The notes under the pieces were generated by a model, which was given only the letters and a program-made list of their open reading frames with translations, was not told where the DNA came from and searched no databases. From the NCBI GenBank assembly GCA_902795865.1, contig CADBMV010000064.1, positions 1 to 59,397 of the forward strand: DNA of 59,397 nucleotides, written 5' to 3'. Within the stretch, counting starts at the first letter, position 1, and every line of letters starts with the position of its first letter. Source of the DNA: an uncultured Erysipelotrichaceae bacterium. GTDB taxonomy: Bacteria > Bacillota_I > Bacilli_A > Erysipelotrichales > Erysipelotrichaceae. Shown here one piece after another: positions 1 to 9,470 of the stretch. The position numbers were made by a program, and so were the translations under genes.

Positions 1-971
1 CTTGTAACATCATCCATCCATACTTGATTATCCATATACCATTTAATAGTTTCTTTAATACCAGATTCAAAATTATATTTAGGTTTCCAACCTAATTCAG
101 ATTCAATCTTACTAGGATCAATCGCATATCTTAAATCATGGCCTTTTCTATCAGTTACATAAGTGATTAATGATTCGTCTTTTCCAAGTTCTTTTAAGAT
201 AGTCTTAACTACTTCAATATTTTTTCTTTCATTATGACCACCGATATTATAAACTTCACCATTCTTACCATTTCTCATAACTAAATCAATACCAGAACAA
301 TGATCATATACATGTAGCCAATCTCTTACATTTAATCCTTCACCATATACAGGTAATGATTTATTGTGTCTAGCATTATTTATCATTAAAGGTATTAGTT
401 TTTCAGGAAATTGATATGGTCCATAATTATTTGAACATCTAGTTATAGTTGTGTTTAATCCAAAAGTTCTGTGATATGCATTTACAAGCAAGTCTGCGCT
501 TGCTTTAGATGCAGAATATGGAGAGCTTGTATGAAGTGGTGTAGACTCTGTAAAGAATAAATCAGGTCTATCTAGTGGTAAATCACCATATACTTCATCA
601 GTTGATACTTGATGATATCTTTTTACACCATATTTTAATGAAGCATCCATTAATACTTGTGTACCTAAGATATTAGTCTTTAAGAATACTTCAGGTTCTT
701 CAATTGATCTATCAACATGAGATTCTGCTGCAAAATTAACAACTATATCAAACTTTTCATCTTCAAATAGCTTATTAATAGCTTCTCTATCTCTTATATC
801 CATCTTTACAAACTTAAAGTTTTTATTATCTTTACAGCCATCTAAGTTTTTTAAGTTTCCTGCATAAGTTAATAAATCTAAAGCAACTATTTCATCATCA
901 TAGTTTTCTAATTCATAATAAACAAAATTACTTCCTATAAATCCTGCAGCGCCTGTAACTAAAATCTTCAT
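1..971 (-). CDS. rfbB: dTDP-glucose 4,6-dehydratase; C-terminal end cut by the window edge
   Basis: Not in the ORF track because there is no stop in the window. My own translation from the ATG at 971-969 gives MKILVTGAAGFIGSNFV (Rossmann GxxGxxG), SSPYSASKASADLL (YxxxK) and RCSNNYGPYQFPEKLIP. AGGAG lies 8 nt upstream of the ATG. Confidence 0.93.
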   Translation of the reverse strand, partial: MKILVTGAAGFIGSNFVYYELENYDDEIVALDLLTYAGNLKNLDGCKDNKNFKFVKMDIRDREAINKLFEDEKFDIVVNFAAESHVDRSIEEPEVFLKTNILGTQVLMDASLKYGVKRYHQVSTDEVYGDLPLDRPDLFFTESTPLHTSSPYSASKASADLLVNAYHRTFGLNTTITRCSNNYGPYQFPEKLIPLMINNARHNKSLPVYGEGLNVRDWLHVYDHCSGIDLVMRNGKNGEVYNIGGHNERKNIEVVKTILKELGKDESLITYVTDRKGHDLRYAIDPSKIESELGWKPKYNFESGIKETIKWYMDNQVWMDDVT

Positions 972-1007
972 AACAAAAACTCCTTCTATTAAGATATATT
1001 AATTCTA

Positions 1008-1034
1008 CCAAATAAAAAGGGATATCTCTATCCC
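1008..1034 (-). terminator. Candidate weak intrinsic terminator after the LtaS-family gene
   Basis: On the minus strand, 12 nt after the TAG stop, there is a GGGATA-gaga-TATCCC hairpin (plus coordinates 1019-1034) followed by TTTTTATTT. The stem is only 6 bp and AT-rich. Confidence 0.4.
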
Positions 1035-1046
1035 ATATGTTTATCA

Positions 1047-2534
1047 CTAGTCTACATAGAGTATGTATTTATCATAGTAGAAAGAATGCTCACCAGCCAT
1101 ATAATTAAATTCATCATGTCCATACTTTTCTACTAAAGTCTGCTCATTAGAGAATAAATTGGTTCCTAAACCTAGTCTATTGCCATTCCACTTTATTCCT
1201 AAAGATGCGACTGTAGTTGGATAAAAATCTGCAGTGTTAAACGTTCTATTTGAAGATGGAGTTAGACCTTCTGCAGGGTTTATAAATACATAATAAGCTT
1301 TTCTAAAATAATCTGCAGGCATTAATTTTGCCCAATCTGTATCCATACTAGGATGATCTCCTACTATTACAATAGTTGTATTCTCATAGAAATCTTGTTG
1401 CTTAATCCATTCAATGAATTCATATGTGTGTCTGCTTGAACAAGCATATACATTAGCAAGGTTCTCATCATAATCGTCTTTACAATATTCACACTTATAA
1501 CCTGCTGCATGGTGCGAATCAACTGTAAGCATTGTGAAGTTAAATGGTTCATCTTTGCTTGAAAGTTCTAACAACTCTTCTTTTGCAAACTCAAATAATT
1601 TATGATCTTCATAACCCCACCATACATAATAATCTTCTGGGATTTTACCTTCTTGTTTTGCCCATAAATAATCATGTATTAAATAATTGCCATGTTGTGT
1701 AAAATAGTCTCTTCTTCCACCAAAAGAAGCATCAGAGCCTATTAATAACTCATTGGTATAACCTTCTTTTTCCAAGATTTCACCAATACTATAAGCACCT
1801 TTTAAAAACTTAGTCTCAGACATATATGAATTTCCATCAATTGGAATTAATAAGGCAATTCCACTAGTTTGCGCAATCATTGAAGATGCAGTCCAAGAAG
1901 CATTAGACATAATGTTATATCCTTTATTGTCATTAAAAGTAATGTTTTCTTCAGCTAGTTGATAAAGTTCTGGAACATAATTGTCAGGGAATGCTCCACC
2001 TTCATCAAAAGAATAATCAGCAATTTCTACAGATTCTAAAAAGATATATATTAGATTTCTTTTCTTCTCAGGAAATTCAAATTCTATTTGTCTAGGATCA
2101 ACATATTCATCTTCATATAATGTTGTACTAGTATTTAAATCATGAATGTATTGTCTCAAACCCATTCTTTTAGAAAAATATAAAAAGCTTATTGCAGTAA
2201 ATATGACACATATCAATATAATATTCTTTCTAATAAATAAATATGGTCTAAATTTATATTTATCAAAAAAACTAAATTCAAAATATGAATGCTTATTATA
2301 TAAGACATATGTAACAAATATACTTGCGAATAATGGCATTAAAATACACTGTATTAAAATACCTTTCACAAATTCAGAACCTGTACCTTTTGCAGGAACT
2401 AAAACATGAAAGATAATCTGTCCTATAGGATTTTCATCAAAAACAAAATTACTAAAAGTATAAATTGTACTAGTAATTAAAGCAAAACCAAAAAACAATA
2501 ATATGAATATTAAAAAAGCTTTACTTTTTTTCAT
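1047..2534 (-). CDS. LTA synthase / phosphoglycerol transferase family protein (sulfatase-fold ectodomain)
   Basis: 495 aa. About 4-5 N-terminal TM helices are followed by alkaline-phosphatase-superfamily motifs: IYIFLESVE, NASWTASSMIAQTSG, TVDSHH and VIVGDHPS. This is the LtaS/MdoB/GacH type. Confidence 0.8.
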   Translation of the reverse strand: MKKSKAFLIFILLFFGFALITSTIYTFSNFVFDENPIGQIIFHVLVPAKGTGSEFVKGILIQCILMPLFASIFVTYVLYNKHSYFEFSFFDKYKFRPYLFIRKNIILICVIFTAISFLYFSKRMGLRQYIHDLNTSTTLYEDEYVDPRQIEFEFPEKKRNLIYIFLESVEIADYSFDEGGAFPDNYVPELYQLAEENITFNDNKGYNIMSNASWTASSMIAQTSGIALLIPIDGNSYMSETKFLKGAYSIGEILEKEGYTNELLIGSDASFGGRRDYFTQHGNYLIHDYLWAKQEGKIPEDYYVWWGYEDHKLFEFAKEELLELSSKDEPFNFTMLTVDSHHAAGYKCEYCKDDYDENLANVYACSSRHTYEFIEWIKQQDFYENTTIVIVGDHPSMDTDWAKLMPADYFRKAYYVFINPAEGLTPSSNRTFNTADFYPTTVASLGIKWNGNRLGLGTNLFSNEQTLVEKYGHDEFNYMAGEHSFYYDKYILYVD

Positions 2535-2835
2535 CTTTTAATTCAACCTTCAGTTTTGTTTTTTTCTTAAATATAACAAACAAATATGTAGGAAGTATTG
2601 CGATTGCTAAAGCAAAAGCAAAATATTTAATATATGTCATAATATCTAATTCACTAAGATTTAATATAAACTCATTTCCTCTCATAGCTAATAAGAAGAA
2701 TATAAAAACAAGATTATTTATTAAACAGAATATTCCATAATAAAAGAAATAAACTATAGATTTTTTAGAATCATCAAAATGATAATATATGAATACAGAA
2801 ATTATACTAGGTATAAATAATATTAGAAATTCCAT
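2521..2835 (-). CDS. Small integral membrane protein, family unknown
   Basis: 104 aa with three hydrophobic helices and a Lys-rich C-terminus. AAGGAG lies 6 nt upstream of the ATG. It overlaps the downstream gene by 14 nt. Confidence 0.55.
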   Translation of the reverse strand: MEFLILFIPSIISVFIYYHFDDSKKSIVYFFYYGIFCLINNLVFIFFLLAMRGNEFILNLSELDIMTYIKYFAFALAIAILPTYLFVIFKKKTKLKVELKDEKK

Positions 2836-2881
2836 ATCTAACTCCTTTTAATACCTGTAAATTATAACATAATTAGCATTA

Positions 2882-4756
2882 TCAGTTAATTAGAGTATAA
2901 TCAATTCTAATTCTTTGGAATTTGCATGGCCATCTTCCCCAAGTAGAACCAAAGGCATAGCCTACAATTAATTCTTCATCGTCTACTATATGGCCAATAT
3001 TACTTTTAGAGATACCACAATTATGTGCATATCTTTCTATTTTAGTAGTTGTCCAATCTTTTTGTGTGAAATTTAAACCATCAGTAGAACTTAAAATAAT
3101 GAGTTGTGAGGATGCATCCATTCTATATTTAATCGCAAAAGCAACAAATCTATCTTTGTCTTCTATGTATGCTACATCAAAAGAATCATTTGAATTTCTT
3201 TGATACACAACTCCTTTATCTTCCATAGTTAATGGCCAATTCTCACTTAAATCGGAAATCATTAACTTAGTAGATGCAACTTTTGCATCATCATATGTGT
3301 AATAAATATATAATTGCTCGTCTTTAACCACAAAACTGATTTCACCTATTCCCCATGCACTTTTATCTTCATTAAAGGCAATGATTGGCTCAGGATTACC
3401 ACCCCATCCTTCACCATTCCATTTTTCAAAAGGACCATTAGGATTCTTACTTCTTGCAACAAAGGCAGAATTATAAGAACCATTTCCTGCATAATAATCA
3501 GTTGAGGTATAACCCATATAATAATAACCATTAAAGAATACTAATCCTGGATCACATACTGAACATTGATCTTTTGAACCAGCAGTAGGAGTTAAAACTA
3601 CTTGTTGCTTACTCCAAGAATAACCATCATTAGAATGAGAATATGTTATATAGTCCCATTGGCTTGAGTTATTACCAGGAGAAGAAATCCAAGCATCATA
3701 AGAACCATCTTCATTTTTCATAATGGATGGTCCATATCTATAAGATGAACCATTATAAAAAAGATAACCATCATCTATGTTGATTATCTTATATGTTTCA
3801 TTAGGTTCTTCATTTACTACTACAGGTTTTTTATCTGGTAGTAGATAATTTGTATATATTTGATCGACACCTATATTAAATAATTCATCTGCCCTTTGTT
3901 TATCATCAACAGAATGTGTTCCTACTTTAATTCCAAATCTATTAAATTGCTTAACAATATCTTCATTAACTAATTTTTCAGATATTGTCACATAACCCAC
4001 ACCACTTCTTGAACAAAAATTCGCAATATCTTCTATTTCAATTTCAGGTAGTTGATACATAGTATAAATAACAGATTTAAACTCATGTATGCTCATTAAA
4101 TAATCCAACATTCTTTCTGAATAAATCTGTGGGATGATTCTATTTAATACTTCTGCATTAACTTGTTTTGCATAGTTAACTAGTTGTGAAAACTGCATTC
4201 TAACTTTATATTCATCAGAATATTTAGAATCAGTAATCACATACATGTCTTTATGCTCATTTAATAAATTAACTATATCTTTATAATCTAATGTTGTTAG
4301 ACCATTACATATTTTAGATTCTTTAAAGTTTTTCAAACTATATTCAAATTCATCATCTTCAATCTTAGCTTGTTGTCTCCATAAATCTTCATCATGAGAA
4401 GCTATCATATAATAATCACTAGTTAAATCAAAGTCTACTTCAAATATTCTATGACCTTGTTCATAATTATGGTTAAATGCTTCTAATGAATTAGAATATG
4501 TATATTCATTTAATCCACCCATCGCATGAGCTACATATTTATTATCATTAACCCATGAATAATCAAAGTTATATTTTTTAGTATTTCTTTTATAATCGTA
4601 ATCAACTAGTTCTTCTATGTTATCAATGTGTTCTCTTAAATAATGATATTTCTCTTTAGCAAAAGAAATAACCTTATATCCTAATAAGGCACTTATTAAT
4701 AATGCGACTGCAATAACTACTACAATTGGTCTTAAAGTTCTGTTACCTATTTTCAT
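2882..4756 (-). CDS. Membrane-anchored glycerophosphodiester phosphodiesterase (GDPD) fused to a GH43/GH32-like beta-propeller domain
   Basis: 624 aa. Signal anchor IVVVIAVALLISALLGY. GDPD-like block HAMGG..NSLEAF..GHRIFEVDFDLT..ASHD. The C-terminal ~300 aa contain CDPGLVFFNGYYYMGYTS and a repeated aromatic-rich strand pattern typical of 5-bladed propeller hydrolases. Confidence 0.72.
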   Translation of the reverse strand: MKIGNRTLRPIVVVIAVALLISALLGYKVISFAKEKYHYLREHIDNIEELVDYDYKRNTKKYNFDYSWVNDNKYVAHAMGGLNEYTYSNSLEAFNHNYEQGHRIFEVDFDLTSDYYMIASHDEDLWRQQAKIEDDEFEYSLKNFKESKICNGLTTLDYKDIVNLLNEHKDMYVITDSKYSDEYKVRMQFSQLVNYAKQVNAEVLNRIIPQIYSERMLDYLMSIHEFKSVIYTMYQLPEIEIEDIANFCSRSGVGYVTISEKLVNEDIVKQFNRFGIKVGTHSVDDKQRADELFNIGVDQIYTNYLLPDKKPVVVNEEPNETYKIINIDDGYLFYNGSSYRYGPSIMKNEDGSYDAWISSPGNNSSQWDYITYSHSNDGYSWSKQQVVLTPTAGSKDQCSVCDPGLVFFNGYYYMGYTSTDYYAGNGSYNSAFVARSKNPNGPFEKWNGEGWGGNPEPIIAFNEDKSAWGIGEISFVVKDEQLYIYYTYDDAKVASTKLMISDLSENWPLTMEDKGVVYQRNSNDSFDVAYIEDKDRFVAFAIKYRMDASSQLIILSSTDGLNFTQKDWTTTKIERYAHNCGISKSNIGHIVDDEELIVGYAFGSTWGRWPCKFQRIRIDYTLIN

Positions 4757-5315
4757 ATATAAAGTTTGCGTTACAATCTTTCAATTCGGGTGCGTTTTTA
4801 TCTTTATCAGATAGTATTGGTTCCTCACCATTTAATAATTGCTTCCAATCTATATTAATAGTTGGATCATCATATCTAATACCACCCTCTGATTCTTTAT
4901 TATACAGGTTATCACACTTATATTGAAATAATACTTCTTCACTTAGTGTTAAAAAACCATGTGCCATACCTCTTGGCATAAAAAACATTCTTTTATTATC
5001 TTCACTTAGTTCACATGTGACATACTCACCATACGTAGGTGAACCTTTTCTTATATCTACTACAATATCTAAAATTTTGCCCTTAATGCATCTAACTAAT
5101 TTAGCTTGAGAATAAGGATCTTTTTGATAGTGTAATCCTCTAAAAGTATTTTTCTGTGTACTATATGAAAGATTGTCTTGTACAAATACATTTTCAATTC
5201 CTAATTCATGAAATTTTTCTTCATTATATGTTTCCATGAACCATCCTCTATTGTCTCCAAAACAATCAGATTCAATAATATATACACCCTCTATTTTTGT
5301 ATCAATACGTTTCAT
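4743..5315 (-). CDS. rfbC: dTDP-4-dehydrorhamnose 3,5-epimerase
   Basis: 190 aa with GDNRGWFMETY, FRGLHYQ, KLVRCIKGKILDIVVDIR and PRGMAHGF, the RmlC cupin signature. Confidence 0.93.
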   Translation of the reverse strand: MKRIDTKIEGVYIIESDCFGDNRGWFMETYNEEKFHELGIENVFVQDNLSYSTQKNTFRGLHYQKDPYSQAKLVRCIKGKILDIVVDIRKGSPTYGEYVTCELSEDNKRMFFMPRGMAHGFLTLSEEVLFQYKCDNLYNKESEGGIRYDDPTINIDWKQLLNGEEPILSDKDKNAPELKDCNANFIYENR

Positions 5316-6196
5316 TATTCTTTTCCTTCAGCTACAGCTTTTAAATGTTCTCCATATTGAGACTTTCCATATCTTTTGGCTGATTCTAATAATCTCTTTT
5401 TATTAATCCATTTTTGTTTAAAAGCAATCTCTTCTGGTGCAGATATTACGTAGTTTTGTCTTTTAGACATTATTTGTACAAAATTTGAAGCTTCAATTAA
5501 AGAATCCATAGTTCCTGTATCTAACCATGCATAACCTCTACCTAATAGTTGAACATCTAATTTCTTTTTCTTTAAATACATATCATTTAATGTAGTAATT
5601 TCAAGTTCACCTCTAGCACTAGGTTTAACATTGTTAGCCATTTTAGATACTCCAGATGGATAGAAGTATAAACCAGTTATACAATAATCAGATTTAGGAT
5701 GTTTAGGTTTTTCTTCAACAGAAATAACTCTACCCTTTTTATCAAATTCAACAATTCCAAATCTTTCTGGATCATTCACATGATAGCCAAAGATAGTTGC
5801 TCTATTATTTTTCTCGGCATCTTCTTTAGCTTTTAGTAATAAATGAGAAAAACCTTCACCAAAGAAAATATTGTCTCCTAAAACCATAGCACAAGCATCT
5901 TTTCCAATAAATTTTTCACCTAATATAAAAGCTTGAGCTAAACCATCAGGAGAAGGTTGAACACAATATGACAACTTAACGCCAAACTGACTTCCATCAC
6001 CTAGTAGTTCTTCAAATCTTGATGTATCTGTAGGTGTTGAAATAATTAAAATATCTTTAATGCCCGCAAGCATTAAAGTAGATAATGGATAATAAATCAT
6101 TGGTTTATCATAAACAGGTAATAATTGTTTAGATGTAACCATTGTAAGTGGATAAAGTCTTGTGCCAGCTCCACCAGCTAAAATAATACCTTTCAT
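5315..6196 (-). CDS. rfbA: Glucose-1-phosphate thymidylyltransferase
   Basis: 293 aa with [44 protein letters not shown] upstream; 1-nt ATGA overlap with rfbC. Confidence 0.95.
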   Translation of the reverse strand: MKGIILAGGAGTRLYPLTMVTSKQLLPVYDKPMIYYPLSTLMLAGIKDILIISTPTDTSRFEELLGDGSQFGVKLSYCVQPSPDGLAQAFILGEKFIGKDACAMVLGDNIFFGEGFSHLLLKAKEDAEKNNRATIFGYHVNDPERFGIVEFDKKGRVISVEEKPKHPKSDYCITGLYFYPSGVSKMANNVKPSARGELEITTLNDMYLKKKKLDVQLLGRGYAWLDTGTMDSLIEASNFVQIMSKRQNYVISAPEEIAFKQKWINKKRLLESAKRYGKSQYGEHLKAVAEGKE

Positions 6197-6198
6197 AG

Positions 6199-7014
6199 TT
6201 ATTCTCCTTCGCTAGTTGGAATATTATCTATACCAACATAATAGAAAATATGATAATCTCCTATATTATTAATTAAAGCATATCCATGATTATTCGCAAC
6301 TTCTTCAGGATAAAATCTTCCATCATTTATTAAAAATTGATACCCATGAGAATGTGCATAATCAAAAAAATAATCATATTCTCCTGCAACCATTCTGTCA
6401 TAAACTTCTTTAACTTCACCATCAAAATGCGAAATATGCCCCATAATGTTTCTGCCATACATCTGTTTTATTTTTCCAGAACACTGTCTTAAGTAAACAT
6501 TTAATTGATAGTCGACAATTGCTTTTGGTTCTTCTTCAAGTTCAAGCATAACTTCTGCAACCTCTACTACTCCAGGAGGTAGTTTTTCTAGAGAAACAGT
6601 CTCAGTAAAACCTCCTGTTTCATATACTGTGGTTTTCCCATAGCTAATAATTGCGAAGCATGCAACAGCAAAAAGCAATATCCTTAATATATCGTTTTTC
6701 AATCTATTAGAAATACTAATAAATGTTGTCGCAAAAATAATATGTAATGAAAATACCCAAAATAATCTCCAATACATATATGTACGAATGTATACTTTGT
6801 CATATAAGATAGGATTTATTATAACTAGAGCTAAAGTTATTAAAGGAATAATATATTTTTTTCTTACTTCCTTTTCAAAAATCAACATATATACAACACA
6901 AATGATGGCCGGAATTAAAAACAGCTCATTGCCACGATGATAATACTTATTTATATGTTCTAGAATAATTTGAAACATATATTCCAAACGCTGAATGTAT
7001 TCTTCGCTAAACAT
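6199..7014 (-). CDS. Membrane protein with soluble C-terminal domain (possible C-terminal half of a bipartite GT-C-like enzyme)
   Basis: 271 aa: four TM helices, then a ~140-aa soluble domain. Its ATG lies 1 nt after the stop of the preceding membrane-protein gene (TAGTATG). Confidence 0.55.
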   Translation of the reverse strand: MFSEEYIQRLEYMFQIILEHINKYYHRGNELFLIPAIICVVYMLIFEKEVRKKYIIPLITLALVIINPILYDKVYIRTYMYWRLFWVFSLHIIFATTFISISNRLKNDILRILLFAVACFAIISYGKTTVYETGGFTETVSLEKLPPGVVEVAEVMLELEEEPKAIVDYQLNVYLRQCSGKIKQMYGRNIMGHISHFDGEVKEVYDRMVAGEYDYFFDYAHSHGYQFLINDGRFYPEEVANNHGYALINNIGDYHIFYYVGIDNIPTSEGE

Positions 7015-7015
7015 A

Positions 7016-8113
7016 CTATCTTAACCCCATCAAATAAAAATACAATTTATACAAATAATAATTTGGAATAGTAAATAATAATATTAATAATGTATGCCAT
7101 TTAAATTGTAATAAGCTATATATCACTGCAAAAACACCTATCATAATTGGCGCAATTACAATACCATTAGCACTCATAAAACACATTGCAAGATTAGTAA
7201 CAAAAATAGGAATCGCATTATAGATACTATTCTTTTTATAATAATCAAACATGCTTATATACATTATTGGTATTCCTGCAGATGCTAGCACAGCTTTACC
7301 TTGCCATAAACGATATAAAAATTTCATGAACACAGTATTAATCAAACCATCACCACGATCATTACCATACATCGCCATCAACAATATTAAAACTAAAAAA
7401 GAGCCTTGCATTATTGCGTTTTCTTTCTTTAACATTCTTCCAGCTAATAGCCACCAAGCACACATTACATAAATATATAAAGCTAAATCCATAATGCTAT
7501 GTGCCATCGTGACAACTTTTATTCCTGTAAATTTAGAAAGAGCAGCAATATAAACCCCCCAAGGAGAAACAACATCTTTATGATCTTCAGTCAAAATAAA
7601 ATTAGGTATGTCTTCTCCCGTTGCAGGATTGTTTAAATACATCTTATCGTATTCAAGCATATCTACAGACACAACCACAAATCTAGAATCATCATCATTG
7701 ACGTTTTGATATATGATAGTCAGTCTTAGAAAATACATGCAAAAAATTACTACACCAATAGTAAAAATAACTCTTAGATATTTTATGTCTTCTAAATCAG
7801 GAAAATCAAAATCAAAATCTTTTCTTATAATTCTTATAACTACTCCAATTAAAGAAAAAATTATAATAAACCAGAATAAAAAATAATAAACAAATGTAAA
7901 TGATTTAAAATTCATGATTGCTGGAACACATATAACTTCCATGACAGCAAACAAAAAAGTTAAACCAAAAACATAGTATTCTGGAATACTTTTCTTTCTT
8001 TTTAATAATATAGAAAAACTATGTCCTACAAACAGTGGCATAATTAACAAAACAAAAATACTTTTTAAAACTTGTCCTTGCGTTAAAACGCTAAAAAGTT
8101 CTTTTACGCTCAT
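7016..8113 (-). CDS. Polytopic membrane protein (possible N-terminal half of a bipartite GT-C-like enzyme)
   Basis: 365 aa with about 10 TM helices and an acidic loop NVNDDDSRF. No family recognised. Confidence 0.55.
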   Translation of the reverse strand: MSVKELFSVLTQGQVLKSIFVLLIMPLFVGHSFSILLKRKKSIPEYYVFGLTFLFAVMEVICVPAIMNFKSFTFVYYFLFWFIIIFSLIGVVIRIIRKDFDFDFPDLEDIKYLRVIFTIGVVIFCMYFLRLTIIYQNVNDDDSRFVVVSVDMLEYDKMYLNNPATGEDIPNFILTEDHKDVVSPWGVYIAALSKFTGIKVVTMAHSIMDLALYIYVMCAWWLLAGRMLKKENAIMQGSFLVLILLMAMYGNDRGDGLINTVFMKFLYRLWQGKAVLASAGIPIMYISMFDYYKKNSIYNAIPIFVTNLAMCFMSANGIVIAPIMIGVFAVIYSLLQFKWHTLLILLFTIPNYYLYKLYFYLMGLR

Positions 8114-8137
8114 AACAAAACAATTTTAACACATATA

Positions 8138-9463
8138 CTATATTTTATTTATTAAGTTCTTAGTCGCATTATATAAACTATCAACACTAACTTCTTCAGC
8201 TATTTCAGCTAATTCATATTTTTCTTTTTTAATTCTACTAGCTGGGGCACCACATTCAAATACAACAATTGGTACATTTAATACCATTAATTCTTGTACA
8301 GTATAACTAAATGTTTCATTAGAATATGAAGGCATTATTACTAAATCTATTTTATTTTCAGTTAGTAAATATCCCAAATCATCTCTGTTGTATTTTCCTG
8401 TTATTTTATAGTCTAATTTATATTCATCATCAGCATAGCCAATAATAACACTTTTTACTTTGTATTCCTTCTTTAGTCTATCAATTAATTCAATATATAA
8501 ATCAGCACCTTTTGTTTTACCAAAATGTCCTACAAAACAAACGTTTAAATAACCTTGTTTTCTTACTGGTCTTTGATATAAAGAATGATTCTCACTTAAT
8601 AAACATTTATGTTCCTTAACAATGCACCTATTAGAAATATTAGGATATATATTTAAAACAATGTTTTTTGTGTATTCAGAGAAAAACATAAATTCATCTA
8701 CAACATCGAATAGTTCTTTATATTTATCTCTCCATCTATCTACATCATTTCTATTAACTACTTTATATGGATTATTATTTAAGCACTTCTTACAAACTCC
8801 ATTTTTATTAACTTCACATGGAAAACCAGTTTCATCTAATAAGAAATAACTAGGACAAATGCTTAAATAATCATGAAATGCATAATTGATCTTATACTTA
8901 TCTTTATATTTGATTAAAAGATCAATTATATCTTCTGGTTCAGGATAGAAAGCTAAATTATTTATAAAAACTAGATCAAACTTTATTAATTCAAATAGTT
9001 TTTCTAATTCCTTACTATCATTAAACTTTAATACTAGATTGTTTAAATTAAGGTACCATTCTTTTTTATCTATTTTATATACCAATAAAACTACATCATA
9101 AGTATTGTTTAGTTCTTTTATTTTTTCTTTTCCATAATCAGAAGCACCTGATCTATTGTCTTCGTTAAGAATTAAATCTATAAATAATGCTTTATTATCT
9201 GTGTTTAGTAAATCATATATATCATCAAAAGATAATTCTTTATTATCTTTTATTTCTTCAACTTGTTTCTTTTCAATAACTGGAGTATATTCTTTTTTAC
9301 CTAAAACCAATTTAACAAGTTTAATAAGATACTTTCCTATTAACCATAAGATATTAATAAAAATGTTTGTGATCCAGGATAAGGGATTGTTAGAACTTAA
9401 AAATCTTTTTAGGGCATCCCAAACTCTGTCATTTAATTTATATATAGGTGTCTTCTTATTCAT
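8138..9463 (-). CDS. GT-B fold (GT4-like) glycosyltransferase with N-terminal TM helix
   Basis: 441 aa. The C-terminal region has VCFVGHFGKTKGADL and MPSYSNETFSYTVQELMVLNVPIVVFECGAPASRI, typical of GT4 C-terminal domains. It carries a four-Cys insert (C203, C216, C224, C227). Confidence 0.68.
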   Translation of the reverse strand: MNKKTPIYKLNDRVWDALKRFLSSNNPLSWITNIFINILWLIGKYLIKLVKLVLGKKEYTPVIEKKQVEEIKDNKELSFDDIYDLLNTDNKALFIDLILNEDNRSGASDYGKEKIKELNNTYDVVLLVYKIDKKEWYLNLNNLVLKFNDSKELEKLFELIKFDLVFINNLAFYPEPEDIIDLLIKYKDKYKINYAFHDYLSICPSYFLLDETGFPCEVNKNGVCKKCLNNNPYKVVNRNDVDRWRDKYKELFDVVDEFMFFSEYTKNIVLNIYPNISNRCIVKEHKCLLSENHSLYQRPVRKQGYLNVCFVGHFGKTKGADLYIELIDRLKKEYKVKSVIIGYADDEYKLDYKITGKYNRDDLGYLLTENKIDLVIMPSYSNETFSYTVQELMVLNVPIVVFECGAPASRIKKEKYELAEIAEEVSVDSLYNATKNLINKI

Positions 9464-9470
9464 AATTAAA

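Noticed and set aside
1-6196. Absence of rmlD (dTDP-4-dehydrorhamnose reductase) taken as evidence for an incomplete rhamnose pathway.
   Set aside because: rfbB runs off the window at position 1 and further genes of the same operon are likely just downstream of it, so the absence cannot be assessed here.
7802-7819. Tandem hexanucleotide (AAAATC)x3 encoding DFDFDF in the membrane protein at 7016..8113.
   Set aside because: It has only three in-frame copies, so slippage would not switch the gene off. It is probably just a short acidic/aromatic loop.
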